Shown piece by piece: positions 18,880-29,181 of a stretch of 64,000 nt of DNA. The translations under genes were made by a program, and so were the position numbers. The stretch is from Pedobacter sp. (GTDB lineage: Bacteria; Desulfobacterota; Desulfuromonadia; Desulfuromonadales; Syntrophotaleaceae), in NCBI GenBank assembly GCA_050253415.1, contig JBFWJC010000001.1, forward strand, positions 1,032,679 through 1,096,678, read 5' to 3'. Positions within the stretch are counted from its first letter, which is position 1. Each line of letters starts with the position of its first letter. Below the pieces are notes generated by a model. That model saw only the letters and a program-made list of their open reading frames with translations, was not told where the DNA came from and did not search any database.

Positions 18880-21108
18880 ATGAATCGAAAAATCCTCAAG
18901 CGGATCAAACGTCGGGACCGTATCGCCCGCTATGTCATAACTGTGGGCGGCATGGCTATTATTTTTAGCGTCATATTGATCCTGTTTCTTATCGCCCGGG
19001 TGACCTTTCCTTTGTTTCAGGGGGCAAGCACCGAGCTGGTGAAGCAGTTTCCGCTGTCTCCCTCGAGTCAATCCGCGAATCTCGTGGCGGCCGGGCTCGA
19101 CGATTACCGGGAACACCCTTTTGTGTTCAGCCGTGATGGGATTGTGCGGTTTTATACGCCGAGCGCAGGTTCTGAAACGAGGGATGTGCGTATTGCGCCC
19201 CTTGTTTCCGGGGCAAACGTGTTATCTGTCGAGCGGTTTGCCGGACTATCCTTCGGAGTATTGTGGGATGACGGATCGCAGACGCTGGAACAGGTGCGGT
19301 TTACCTCGCGCTTTGACGAACAGGGCCAGCGCATTCAGGATCAGCAGATCGTGAGGCAGGCGTCTTTCCCTCCCCCTCCTGGCGGGATGGTAACCAAGGC
19401 TTTGTGTCGTCTCTCCGACGATGGACGACAAACACAGGTGGCGCTTCTGGATAATGGCGGGTTGTTGGTACGCCAGCATCTTGAGAGTGAAGACCTGTTG
19501 GGCAATCTGGAAACCGTAAACCATGAATTCGCTCTTTCCGGGCAGCCCGATGAAGTTATCGCGGCCCTTGCCCTGGACAGGGCAGGCAATACTCTCTACG
19601 CGGGAACCGACCAGGGTACCTTGCTGCGTTGGGATCTCTCCGAACCTGGTGAAGCCGAGTTGCTCGATCGTCTGCCGGCTTTTCCTGACCGTCGGGCTAT
19701 CACATCGCTGGCATTAATCTTTGGTGACGTCTCTTTGGCTGTTGGTGATGCGAAGGGTGGTGTGTCCACCTGGTTTGCCGTGCGGGTGTCCGCGGACGGT
19801 GATCAAAAACATCTGCAGCGCATCCACACTCTGGCCTCCCATAATGCGGCCATAAAAACCTTATATCCTTCGTTGCGGGATAAATCCTTGATCAGCGTGG
19901 ACGCTGACGGTGTGTTACATCTGGATCATATGACCAGTGAACGGCATTTACTCAGCCTCGAAACGGAGGCTCCGCTGCTGCTGAGTAGTCTGTCCCCCGA
20001 TGGACGGGGATTGTTTGCCGTCGACGCCGGCGGCATGGCGCATCTGTGGACGGTTCACAATCCGCACCCTGAAGTTAGCTGGAAGACACTGTTCGGCAAG
20101 GTCTGGTACGAAGGGTATGACGAGCCGGCTTATATGTGGCAGTCATCGGCTTCAACGGATGACTTTGAGCCCAAGATGAGCCTGACGCCGCTGGTTTTCG
20201 GTACCATCAAAGGCACTCTTTACGCCATGCTGTTTGCCGTGCCCCTGGCGATTCTCGGGGCCATCTACACCAGTCAGTTCGGCAACCCCCGTCTGCGTGG
20301 GATTATCAAACCGGCGGTGGAGGTCATGGCGGCGATCCCGTCGGTTATCATCGGTTTTCTGGCGGCTTTGTGGTTCGCCCCTCTGCTGGAGAGATCGATC
20401 CCTTCGCTGTTTTTAAGTCTGGCGTTCGTACCCTTGTTTCTGTTACTCGCCATGATCCTGTGGCAGTTCATCTGCAAGCACCCGCTGTGCAAAAGGCTCG
20501 ATCGCGGTTACGAGTTTCTGCTGCTGACACCGGTCCTGGTTCTGGCGGTTTTCTGCGCCATCAAGCTGGGGCCTGCGGTTGAAGCCGCCTTTTTCGGTGG
20601 TAGTTTCAAACTCTGGCTGTTTAGCGAAGCCGGTGTTCGATACGATGGGCGTAACTGCATCATCATCGCCTTTGCGCTTGGTTTTGCCGTCATTCCGATT
20701 ATTTTCACCATGGCCGAGGATGCTCTTTCCAACGTTCCCGGTAGTCTTAAGGCCGCTTCGCTGGCGCTTGGCGCCAGCCGCTGGCAGACCGTGTGGCGGG
20801 TTATCCTGCCTTCGGGCAGCCCCGGTATCTTTGCCGGCACCATGATCGGTTTTGGGCGTGCCATCGGCGAGACGATGATTGTTCTGATGGCTACAGGCAA
20901 CACCGCCATCATGGACTGGAGTATTTTTAATGGCATGCGTCCGTTATCGGCGAACATTGCTGTGGAAATACCCGAAGCCCCCGTCGACGGTAGCCTTTAC
21001 CGGGTGTTGTTTCTGTCCGCGGTTATTCTGTTTGTCATGACCTTTATTCTCAACACCGTAGCCGAGCTGGTGCGCCAGCACTTGCGTAAAAAATACGGCC
21101 GGTTTTGA
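18880..21108 (+). CDS. pstC: Phosphate ABC permease PstC with a large periplasmic insertion
   Basis: C-terminal permease (LVFGT, AAIPSV, LKAASLALGASRWQT, RAIGETM) preceded by about 400 aa of beta-rich soluble domain. Confidence 0.9.
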   Translation: MNRKILKRIKRRDRIARYVITVGGMAIIFSVILILFLIARVTFPLFQGASTELVKQFPLSPSSQSANLVAAGLDDYREHPFVFSRDGIVRFYTPSAGSETRDVRIAPLVSGANVLSVERFAGLSFGVLWDDGSQTLEQVRFTSRFDEQGQRIQDQQIVRQASFPPPPGGMVTKALCRLSDDGRQTQVALLDNGGLLVRQHLESEDLLGNLETVNHEFALSGQPDEVIAALALDRAGNTLYAGTDQGTLLRWDLSEPGEAELLDRLPAFPDRRAITSLALIFGDVSLAVGDAKGGVSTWFAVRVSADGDQKHLQRIHTLASHNAAIKTLYPSLRDKSLISVDADGVLHLDHMTSERHLLSLETEAPLLLSSLSPDGRGLFAVDAGGMAHLWTVHNPHPEVSWKTLFGKVWYEGYDEPAYMWQSSASTDDFEPKMSLTPLVFGTIKGTLYAMLFAVPLAILGAIYTSQFGNPRLRGIIKPAVEVMAAIPSVIIGFLAALWFAPLLERSIPSLFLSLAFVPLFLLLAMILWQFICKHPLCKRLDRGYEFLLLTPVLVLAVFCAIKLGPAVEAAFFGGSFKLWLFSEAGVRYDGRNCIIIAFALGFAVIPIIFTMAEDALSNVPGSLKAASLALGASRWQTVWRVILPSGSPGIFAGTMIGFGRAIGETMIVLMATGNTAIMDWSIFNGMRPLSANIAVEIPEAPVDGSLYRVLFLSAVILFVMTFILNTVAELVRQHLRKKYGRF

Positions 21109-21119
21109 CAGGATTGACT

Positions 21120-22718
21120 ATGAAAAGCTTTTGGAAAAAAGGGGAGCCTTTTATCTGGCTGACCGGTGGCGCTCTGTCGCTGACCCTGCTGATGGCGGCC
21201 GTGCTTATCATCGTGGTGCTGGTGAACGGTCTCGGGGTATTCTGGCCATCCCGCGTTGCCACCGCAACCCTGCATGACGGTGGAGCGGTCATGGGAGAGG
21301 TAGTTCGCAGCGAGCCTGTTTATGAAGGCGAAGGTGAACGTTTGCAATTCAAGGTCGGCAACCGGGATTTGTACGGACTGGATTTCCGTTGGGTTAACAA
21401 TTCGGATATCTCGCGCCTTGAGTACGCGGACGATTCTCTTGTGCTGGAACGCATGGAATACGGCAATTTTTACGGCAGACTGGTCGGTTTGAGTGCCGAG
21501 TCTCTCGGTGTTACCACGCTCAAGGATCCTTGGCAGCAGTTGCGTCAGGCACATGAGTATGTCATGCAGCAAAAAAAGCAGCTGGATGCCATCGACGATG
21601 AACTGGCGACCGCCAGTAACCGCATGGCGCGCAGCCAGCGCAAAGAAAAAGGTTTGCTCTACAAGGGGCGCAGTCTTACGGATCCTGAAGTCGTCTCGCT
21701 GAAACAGCACCAGGCCGCTTTGCAGGAAGATTTTCATACGTTGTTGCAACAGCAGTCCGAACAGGTCGCCCGCTTGCGCGCCTATACGGCGAGCTTTGCC
21801 GATGTATCCGGCACCGAACGGGTCATGCCACTGGTCGACCTGGTGCGATTTTACAAACCCAACAGCATGTCGATGTTAAGCAAGGTCCGCTACTACATGG
21901 TGCGGCTGGCAGAACTGCTGTGCGGTTCCCCGCGCGAATCGAACACCGAAGGTGGGTTGTTTCCGGCTATTTTCGGAACCGTCATGCTGATTTTTGTGAT
22001 GAGCATGTTTTCCTTCCCCCTCGGGGTGTTGGCGGCTGTTTATCTGCGAGAGTACGCCAGGGAAGGTGTGGTGGTGCGACTGGTGCGCATTGCCGTGAAC
22101 AATCTGGCCGGTATTCCTTCCATCGTGTACGGAATTTTCGGTCTGGCGTTTTTTGTCTATGGCATCGGCGGCAGTATCGACCGGATGTTTTTCCCCGAGC
22201 AGTTGCCGACCCCGACCTTCGGCACCGGCGGGATTCTCTGGGCGAGCCTTACCCTTTCGCTGTTGACCGTGCCTGTGGTTATCGTGGCTACCGAAGAAGC
22301 GCTCGGTGCCATCCCCAACGGCGTGCGGGAAGGTTCGCTGGCGCTTGGTGCCACCAAGTTTCAGACCCTGACCCGCATTTTGCTGCCCATGGCATCTCCG
22401 GGCATCATGACCGGGCTGATTCTGGCCATGGCCCGGGCCGCGGGAGAAGTTGCGCCGCTAATGATTACCGGCGTGGTAAAAATCGCTCCGGCGCTGCCGG
22501 TGGATGGCACGTTTCCCTTTTTGCACCTGGATCGCAAGTTCATGCACTTGGGATTCCACATCTACGATATCGGTTTTCAGTCGCCCAATGTCGAGGCCGC
22601 CAAGCCGATGGTATTTGTGACCACGTTGCTGCTGGTGCTCATTGTTCTGGTCATGAGCAGCGTGGCCATCTATCTGCGCAACAAGATGAAGAAGCGCTAT
22701 ACTTATGGGACTTTTTAA
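21120..22718 (+). CDS. pstA: Phosphate ABC permease PstA (long form)
   Basis: PRESNTEGGLFPAIFGT, NNLAGIPSIVYG, REGSLALGATKFQT, ARAAGEVAP. Confidence 0.92.
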   Translation: MKSFWKKGEPFIWLTGGALSLTLLMAAVLIIVVLVNGLGVFWPSRVATATLHDGGAVMGEVVRSEPVYEGEGERLQFKVGNRDLYGLDFRWVNNSDISRLEYADDSLVLERMEYGNFYGRLVGLSAESLGVTTLKDPWQQLRQAHEYVMQQKKQLDAIDDELATASNRMARSQRKEKGLLYKGRSLTDPEVVSLKQHQAALQEDFHTLLQQQSEQVARLRAYTASFADVSGTERVMPLVDLVRFYKPNSMSMLSKVRYYMVRLAELLCGSPRESNTEGGLFPAIFGTVMLIFVMSMFSFPLGVLAAVYLREYAREGVVVRLVRIAVNNLAGIPSIVYGIFGLAFFVYGIGGSIDRMFFPEQLPTPTFGTGGILWASLTLSLLTVPVVIVATEEALGAIPNGVREGSLALGATKFQTLTRILLPMASPGIMTGLILAMARAAGEVAPLMITGVVKIAPALPVDGTFPFLHLDRKFMHLGFHIYDIGFQSPNVEAAKPMVFVTTLLLVLIVLVMSSVAIYLRNKMKKRYTYGTF

Positions 22719-22731
22719 GTAAGGTGAGGTT

Positions 22732-23514
22732 ATGAGTGAAACACATTCCGTCACGGTGACGGATCCGATAGTACAGGTTAAGGATCTTGGTTTTTATTAC
22801 GGGACGTCTAAGGCCTTGCACAATATCAGCCTGGATTTTCCGCGCAACCAGGTAACAGCTCTGATCGGCCCTTCCGGTTGTGGCAAATCAACCTTGTTGC
22901 GCTGCCTGAATCGTATGAACGATCTGGTGGATGGCGCGCGCGTTGAGGGCAGCATCCTGCTGGATGGGACGGAGATCAATACCCAGGCCATGGATGTCAT
23001 CGAGCTGCGTCGCCGGGTCGGTATGGTATTCCAGAAGTCCAATCCGTTTCCCAAGACCATCTATGAAAATGTCGTCTATGGTCTGCGTATCGCCGGGGTC
23101 AGGGATAAAACCGTGCTGGACGAGACAGTAGAGCGCAGTCTGCGCAATGCGGCATTGTGGGATGAAGTCAAGGACCGGTTGCATCAATCGGCTCTGGGGA
23201 TGTCCGGTGGCCAGATGCAACGCCTGTGTATTGCGCGGGCCATTGCCGTCAACCCGGAAGTGGTTCTGATGGACGAGCCCTGCTCGGCCCTCGATCCCAA
23301 ATCCACAGCCCGGGTCGAGGAACTGATCAGTGAACTGCGTGAGAAATACACCATCATCATCGTCACCCATAATATGCAACAGGCCGCCCGGGTTTCAGAT
23401 TACACGGCGTTTCTGTTTGAAGGGGTGATGGTGGAATTCGGCATCACCGAGGCTCTGTTCGTCAAGCCACGGCATAAGCAGACCGAGGATTACATCACCG
23501 GTCGCTTCGGGTAA
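22732..23514 (+). CDS. pstB: Phosphate ABC ATP-binding protein
   Basis: [35 protein letters not shown]. Confidence 0.96.
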   Translation: MSETHSVTVTDPIVQVKDLGFYYGTSKALHNISLDFPRNQVTALIGPSGCGKSTLLRCLNRMNDLVDGARVEGSILLDGTEINTQAMDVIELRRRVGMVFQKSNPFPKTIYENVVYGLRIAGVRDKTVLDETVERSLRNAALWDEVKDRLHQSALGMSGGQMQRLCIARAIAVNPEVVLMDEPCSALDPKSTARVEELISELREKYTIIIVTHNMQQAARVSDYTAFLFEGVMVEFGITEALFVKPRHKQTEDYITGRFG

Positions 23515-23540
23515 CGCCTTTAACCTTTAATGAGGTAACG

Positions 23541-24188
23541 ATGCATATCGCACGGGAAATCGAAAATCTTAAAAAACGGGTTCTTACTCTCAGCGCCATG
23601 GTTGAGGAAAGTTTTGACCGTTCCGTACAGGCCCTTAACCGCATGGATGGTGTGCTTGCACGTCAGGTCATCGATGCCGACGTTCAGGTAGATCAATTCG
23701 AGGTCGATATTGAGGAAGAGTGCCTCAAGGTGCTTGCCCTGCATCAACCGGTCGCCAACGATTTGCGCTTTATTGTTTCCATTTTGAAAATCAACAACGA
23801 CCTGGAACGCATCGCCGACCTGGCGGTCAATATCGCCGAGCGTGTGCTTGATCTGCAGAAAATGGAACGTGCGCCCATTCCTTTTGATTTTGCCACCATG
23901 TCCGGTAAGGTTCACGACATGGTTAAAAAGAGTCTTGATTCGCTGGTCACTCTGGACCCGAAACTGGCCCGGGAGGTAATCAGTCTCGATGACGAGGTCG
24001 ACCAGATACACCATGAAACCTATCGCCTGGTGATCGATCAGATCAAGCAGCATCCTGACCGTATTCATGCCCTGATCTGCTATCTGGTCATTTCCCGCTA
24101 TCTTGAGCGGATTGCTGATCAGACCACCAACATCGCCGAGGACACCCTGTATCTCGTCGAGGGCAAGATCGTGCGTCATCAGTTTTGA
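23541..24188 (+). CDS. phoU: Phosphate signalling protein PhoU
   Basis: QPVANDLR, DLERIADLAVNIAE, YLERIADQTTNIAE (two PhoU repeats). Confidence 0.95.
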   Translation: MHIAREIENLKKRVLTLSAMVEESFDRSVQALNRMDGVLARQVIDADVQVDQFEVDIEEECLKVLALHQPVANDLRFIVSILKINNDLERIADLAVNIAERVLDLQKMERAPIPFDFATMSGKVHDMVKKSLDSLVTLDPKLAREVISLDDEVDQIHHETYRLVIDQIKQHPDRIHALICYLVISRYLERIADQTTNIAEDTLYLVEGKIVRHQF

Positions 24189-24212
24189 GTTGCTGGCGGC
24201 ACCCTGTTTTAC

Positions 24213-24244
24213 AAAAAAGCCCCGCCAACATGGCGGGGCTTTTT
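24213..24244. terminator. Bidirectional terminator between phoU and the deaminase
   Basis: A6-GCCCCGCCA-ACA-TGGCGGGGC-T5 between convergent genes. Confidence 0.85.
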
Positions 24245-24292
24245 GTTCGTGGAGTGCTCGATGAACCGAGGAAGAATAACGTCAGTTGTCCG

Positions 24293-24868
24293 TTACCCTT
24301 TGCCGTTGTAGATCTCGCCACCTTGCTGACGGTATTTTTCCAGAACGGCAACGGCCTGCGGTCGGCAGGTGTCACGCAATACGCGGATGCCGCGTTTTTC
24401 CAGCAGGTGCGGCCAGTGCGGCGGCTTGTCCCCTTCGTCGAAACCGACGGCGCGCGCATCGCAGTCGCGGGCTCCGCACGATAGCTGCCTGATCCCAGCC
24501 CAGGGCAAGGCCCCGAGGCACATGGCGCAAGGCTCGGTGGAACTGGTCAGTTCCACGTTGAAGCCGGCGGCAGCCAGAGAAAAACTGCCCACCAGACGTT
24601 GCGCCGTCATCAACGCTAGCAGTTCGGCATGGGCCACTGAACAATTGGTGGCAGTCACCAGGTTGACTCCGGGGGCGATCAAACGGCCGCTACCCAGGTC
24701 GAACACAGCTGCGCCGAATGGTCCGCCGGTGCCTTCCCGGACATTGGCAGCCGCCAGTTCGATAACCAGTGCCATGCGGCTTTCCGCTGTGTCGAATATT
24801 TGCTCCGGCGCAGGCAGGACTTCACTCAGCCAGGCAGGTAAGGGCAATTCGATAACGGGGAAACTCAT
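24293..24868 (-). CDS. CDA-fold nucleobase deaminase, probable guanine deaminase
   Basis: GGPFGAAV, HAE, PCAMC zinc motifs, GFDEG and terminal IYN. The layout recalls the Nitrosomonas NE0047-type guanine deaminases. Confidence 0.8.
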   Translation of the reverse strand: MSFPVIELPLPAWLSEVLPAPEQIFDTAESRMALVIELAAANVREGTGGPFGAAVFDLGSGRLIAPGVNLVTATNCSVAHAELLALMTAQRLVGSFSLAAAGFNVELTSSTEPCAMCLGALPWAGIRQLSCGARDCDARAVGFDEGDKPPHWPHLLEKRGIRVLRDTCRPQAVAVLEKYRQQGGEIYNGKG

Positions 24869-25707
24869 GCGCCGCGACGGGGAATCTGGGCTTCGATGCC
24901 TTGAATCAGTTCACACTCCTCAATGCATCGCGGGCTGTAATGGCGCTTGAGCCACAGACTCAAACCGTCCAGTCCCGGGAAGAGTACCCGTTCCGTAATG
25001 TTGGCCTGGTCGAGCTTATCGCGAATCTCCCATTTGAGTTCGGCCGGGATGATGATTTTGCGCCAGATGGTCGGATGTTCGTTGAGGAAATCGCACAGGG
25101 TCCGTTGCGGGTCCGACATGACCGAAAAGAACGCATACTGGTTGATGATACGATCCTCCATGGATGGCGGTTCCAGAAACAGTGCCGCATTGTCGTGGGA
25201 CAGGGCCTGCAGGTCCTGCAGGTTGGGGATCGCTTCATCCAGCATTTCGACAGTAAAGACGTTGGCGCCTTCCTCCTCAAGCTTGTTGCACAGAGGGCGG
25301 GGCAACAATTGGTGGGTTTTGACGTAATTAACTGCCCAGATGGCGCCATCAAGGTTGAACTTGCAGATGTTGGCCGTGGCAAAGTGCATGGCCACCAGGG
25401 GAGAATAGGTCCAGTCGAGCATGCGGGTCGGCAGGCCGTAGTGCTGTGCCACAGACATCCAGTGCCAGAAAGCGTCGGATTCGACCGCCGAGCGATGGGC
25501 ATACTTTTTAAAATTGCGCATCAGGTGGCGTTCGAGTTCGACGTATTTGCCGCCGAGGCGCATCAGGGTTGTTTTCAGGGTATAGCTGGCGTCGGACAGG
25601 CCTCGAAAAGCAAAACGGGAGCGGAATCGCCCGATTTCTTCGTTCCAGGAATCGGCAAACAGTTCTTTCTGCAGTTCGTCGTAGCTATGTATGCGGATCT
25701 CATTCAT
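24865..25707 (-). CDS. FRG domain protein
   Basis: FRG, QHYGLPTRMLDWTYSPLVA, RIINQ..FF and LFPGLDG motifs. Its stop overlaps the deaminase start (ATGA). Confidence 0.9.
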   Translation of the reverse strand: MNEIRIHSYDELQKELFADSWNEEIGRFRSRFAFRGLSDASYTLKTTLMRLGGKYVELERHLMRNFKKYAHRSAVESDAFWHWMSVAQHYGLPTRMLDWTYSPLVAMHFATANICKFNLDGAIWAVNYVKTHQLLPRPLCNKLEEEGANVFTVEMLDEAIPNLQDLQALSHDNAALFLEPPSMEDRIINQYAFFSVMSDPQRTLCDFLNEHPTIWRKIIIPAELKWEIRDKLDQANITERVLFPGLDGLSLWLKRHYSPRCIEECELIQGIEAQIPRRGA

Positions 25708-25748
25708 GTAAGAGGACCTTCTGTCTGGCGCACCGAAGACGAAGAGGC

Positions 25749-26561
25749 TCAGACCACGCCCAGGATGACACTCGATTCCTGCACCACCGCCCAGGCTTCA
25801 TCGCCTTCGTGCAGTTCAAGGGCCTGGTCGCTGGTCTTGGTCAGAGTGGCGCTGACCGTGTTGCCACCGGGCAGTTCCAGGGTGATTTCGCAGTCTACGT
25901 GTCCCTCGACAGTGCGCTGGATGGTGCCGCGCAGGATGTTGCAGGCGCTGAGCTTGGCAGAGCCGAGGTCTTTGACGATCATCACCGCCGGCGCCTTGGC
26001 CATGGCAACCACTTCAGAGCCGATCTCCAACTCCAGGGCCTCGACGCTCTCGTTGGTGATAAGGGACGACAGCCGATCTCCCCCTTTGAGTTTCAGGGTG
26101 ACCAGCGTATTGATGGCACCTTTTTGCATTTGGGCAATCTCGCCGGACCACATGTTTCTGGCGCTGACTTTCATGTTGACCTTCCTCAGAAATTGGTAAA
26201 ATCCCTCGCCGTCTTCCAGATGTTTGCCGATGGAGCGTAAAAAACGTTCGTGCTCCTCCTGAATCAGGCGATAGCGATGAATGACTTCCTTGCCGGCTTC
26301 GGTCAACTGGGTGCCGCCGCCCCCGCGTCCACCTGTGGTCTTGATGACCAGCGGTTGGTCGGAGAGGTTGTTGAGCATTTCGATCTGCTCCCAGGCGGTT
26401 TTATAGCTGATCCCGACCGCTTTCCCGGCTTTGGTGATGGAACCCAATTCACCGACCTGCTCCAGCAGGCGGATGCGGCTGCTGCCGAGAAAGTCCTGGC
26501 CGGACTTTTTAAACCAGAGGGAGCCCGTCAGACTGAGGTCTTCCGCTATTTTCTTTTTCAC
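25749..26561 (-). CDS. modE: Molybdate/tungstate-responsive regulator ModE (wHTH + 2 TOBE)
   Basis: GSITKAGKAVGISYKTAW, GGRGGGGTQLT, SARN and SACN Mop motifs. AAGGAG RBS and GTG start. Confidence 0.93.
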   Translation of the reverse strand: MKKKIAEDLSLTGSLWFKKSGQDFLGSSRIRLLEQVGELGSITKAGKAVGISYKTAWEQIEMLNNLSDQPLVIKTTGGRGGGGTQLTEAGKEVIHRYRLIQEEHERFLRSIGKHLEDGEGFYQFLRKVNMKVSARNMWSGEIAQMQKGAINTLVTLKLKGGDRLSSLITNESVEALELEIGSEVVAMAKAPAVMIVKDLGSAKLSACNILRGTIQRTVEGHVDCEITLELPGGNTVSATLTKTSDQALELHEGDEAWAVVQESSVILGVV

Positions 26562-26714
26562 GCAAAACTCCTTGTCGCAGAGACGATTTGATAACTATGC
26601 AACTAATTTAGTGGGTTTGCAGTGATAAGGCAAATGCTAATCGTATTTTTTCGGGAGTTCTAATATCCGGCAAACCTTTGTTGCGGAATCCGTTGGTAAT
26701 GACTGGATAGCTAT

Positions 26715-28790
26715 TCAGGGATGAGGTCCGGAATTGACAAGGGCAGAGGATAGGCGCGGAGTGGAATTATACAGGAGAGTCCTGTTCAATGCCTCGGCCA
26801 GGCATGGCTTGTGGAATAAAAAACCCTGACCGCGCAGGCAGCCCATGGCCAGTAGCAGGTGATGTTGCGCAAAGGTTTCGATCCCCTGGGCAATGGCGAC
26901 CAGGCCGAGATTGCGGGCCATTGCCAGCATGGCGCCGACCATGGCTGCATCGCTTTGACTGTGAGGCAGGTTTTGGATAAAGAGCCGGTGGATTTTAAGG
27001 TAATCGAATGGCAGGGTTTTAAGTTGCTGCAGAGAGGTGTAGCCCATGCCGAAATTGTCCAGTGACCAGCGAACCCCGAGGTCTTTGACGCTATGAAGGA
27101 TGCCCTCGGCCCGATCTGCGGTTTTTTGCAGGGTCGGTTCATTGATCTCCAGTTCCAGACAATCGGGGGGCAGTCCTGTCTCGCGGAGGATGCCCGCAAT
27201 GCTTGTTGCAAGATCCGACTGTCGGAATTGGCTGCAGGAAAGGTTGACCGCTACGGGAAGTTGGCATCTGCCGGGTTGTTGCCATCCGGCAGCTATGTCG
27301 CAGGCTTTTCTCAGGATGCTGTTGCCAAGGGCTGCCATCAGGCCCATCTCTTCAAGTCGTGGCAGAAAAGTTTCGGGGGACACTATCGATCCATTGGGAT
27401 GACGCCAACGCAAAAACGCTTCGACCGCAACGGGTTGTTGTGTGGCAAGCTCGTAGCGGGGTTGAAACAGCAGGAAAAACTCGCGATTATTCACCGCCCG
27501 GTGCAATTGGTTTTCCAGTTCCAGTTGCGCCACCAGGGCCTGGTTCATCTCTGGGGAAAACAACTGATAGCTGTTGCCACGTTCCTCTTTTGCCACATAC
27601 ATCGCAGTGTCGGCGTTGCGTAGCAATAGATCGGCGGAAATGCCATCATCGGGAAACACCGCCACCCCGATACTGGCGGTGATAGCGATATGGTGATTAT
27701 TTATTCGATATTCCTTTGACAGGGTGGTCAAGATTTTCTCTAGAATTCTTGGGAGGTTGGCCTGGTCGCGAAAGCCAGAGAGTAGAATAATGAATTCATC
27801 CCCGCCAAAGCGCGCAACGGTATCATTGCTACGCAGGCATTGTTGCAGGCGCTGACCGGCGATTTTAAGGAGCTCGTCGCCAATGGCATGTCCCAGTGTA
27901 TCGTTGACCTGCTTGAAACGGTCGAGATCGACGAATAAAAGGGCCAACGAATGATTGAACCGATTGGCTTCCGCCAAGGCCTGGGTGATCCGGTCGTCGA
28001 GTAGCGCACGGTTTGGCAGTCCGGTCAGTTGGTCGTAGTAAGCCAATTGCTCGATGTGGGATTTTTCGGGTTGAAGATTTTTCGGACTCGTAAACACGCC
28101 GATGGTGTATTGACGGTTGTGCGTGGCGATGGACGACAGCCACAGCTCGGCCGGCAAGGTCGAACCGTCTTTGCAACGGCAGATGACTTTGCGCGGGCTG
28201 CGGGGTTGGTCGGGATATCGGGTGGAAAAAAAATGAGGCCAGTCATGTTCCGGATGAGCCTGATCCTGCCACGGGGCGAGAATGGCGTGAAGGTTTTGTC
28301 GGAGCATTTCTTTGCGATCGTAACCGAAAAGGGCTGTGGCCCGAGGGCTCCAGTCGCGAACCAGGCCCTGATGGTCCAGCATGACAAACGCCGCCAGGTT
28401 CGCTTCGGCCATGTCCTGCATCATTCTCAAGCATTGCCGGGTTTGCAGTTTGACCAGGAATCGGCTGGTGATATCTTGAAAAGTTGCCCTGATAGCGCCT
28501 TGCAGCGCCGGAGTAGCGTGGGTGAAATGCCCTTGCAGATATCGGGTTTGCCCTTTTCGGGTCTGGCAGGCCAGCAAAGCCGAAGTCGCAGGGTACTCCT
28601 GGAGTTTGGCGAGGATTTGTTGCCAGCGGTTTTTCTGTGAAGGCAACAGGAGGTTTTGCAACAAGGGCCGCGGATGTTGGGCCGACGGATAGCCCAGCAT
28701 CGTTTCCCAGGCACTGCTTGCCGCGATGATGAGTCCGTCCGGTTGCACGATGCAGAAAAGATTGCTCTGGTTGTTCAGGGTAGCCCCCAT
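26715..28790 (-). CDS. PAS-PAS-GGDEF-EAL protein (intact GGDEF, degenerate EAL)
   Basis: DQLTGLPNR, RSND I-site and GGDEF. EAL half reads EAF, DNFG, KIH, AQGIE. Confidence 0.88.
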   Translation of the reverse strand: MGATLNNQSNLFCIVQPDGLIIAASSAWETMLGYPSAQHPRPLLQNLLLPSQKNRWQQILAKLQEYPATSALLACQTRKGQTRYLQGHFTHATPALQGAIRATFQDITSRFLVKLQTRQCLRMMQDMAEANLAAFVMLDHQGLVRDWSPRATALFGYDRKEMLRQNLHAILAPWQDQAHPEHDWPHFFSTRYPDQPRSPRKVICRCKDGSTLPAELWLSSIATHNRQYTIGVFTSPKNLQPEKSHIEQLAYYDQLTGLPNRALLDDRITQALAEANRFNHSLALLFVDLDRFKQVNDTLGHAIGDELLKIAGQRLQQCLRSNDTVARFGGDEFIILLSGFRDQANLPRILEKILTTLSKEYRINNHHIAITASIGVAVFPDDGISADLLLRNADTAMYVAKEERGNSYQLFSPEMNQALVAQLELENQLHRAVNNREFFLLFQPRYELATQQPVAVEAFLRWRHPNGSIVSPETFLPRLEEMGLMAALGNSILRKACDIAAGWQQPGRCQLPVAVNLSCSQFRQSDLATSIAGILRETGLPPDCLELEINEPTLQKTADRAEGILHSVKDLGVRWSLDNFGMGYTSLQQLKTLPFDYLKIHRLFIQNLPHSQSDAAMVGAMLAMARNLGLVAIAQGIETFAQHHLLLAMGCLRGQGFLFHKPCLAEALNRTLLYNSTPRLSSALVNSGPHP

Positions 28791-29181
28791 GCATGAATAT
28801 TCGATGAATACGGATAGCCCTGAGAGTGCATGCGCCCAGTCGCAATTACGCTACCGCATGAAAACGAATCTGCGGTCCGGGTATATGCGACGAGGCCTTA
28901 ACTGTCAAAAACCAAAGTCTTAGGATCTCTTTTGACTAAGGTGGAAAGCCTTGTTTGTTGCATAGTAAGGGCTTTGTAATAAAAAGAAATCATTATTTAG
29001 TTTTATTTTTAAGTAGTCAAGAAAAAAGCTTGCTATCTAATTAGAGTCATCTTTTTTCTTAGGCCTCCGGCCAAAGATGCGCCGCTTTACATTTCGTCGA
29101 AGATATCCGAGTATGTGGCCATCTGATCATGTCCATCATGAGGCCCGGCCAGGTTTGGCAGTAAAAGAGAGGATGACGGTT

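Noticed and set aside
24901..26199. 432-aa plus-strand ORF
   Set aside because: Antisense to the FRG gene and modE, with no recognisable domain.
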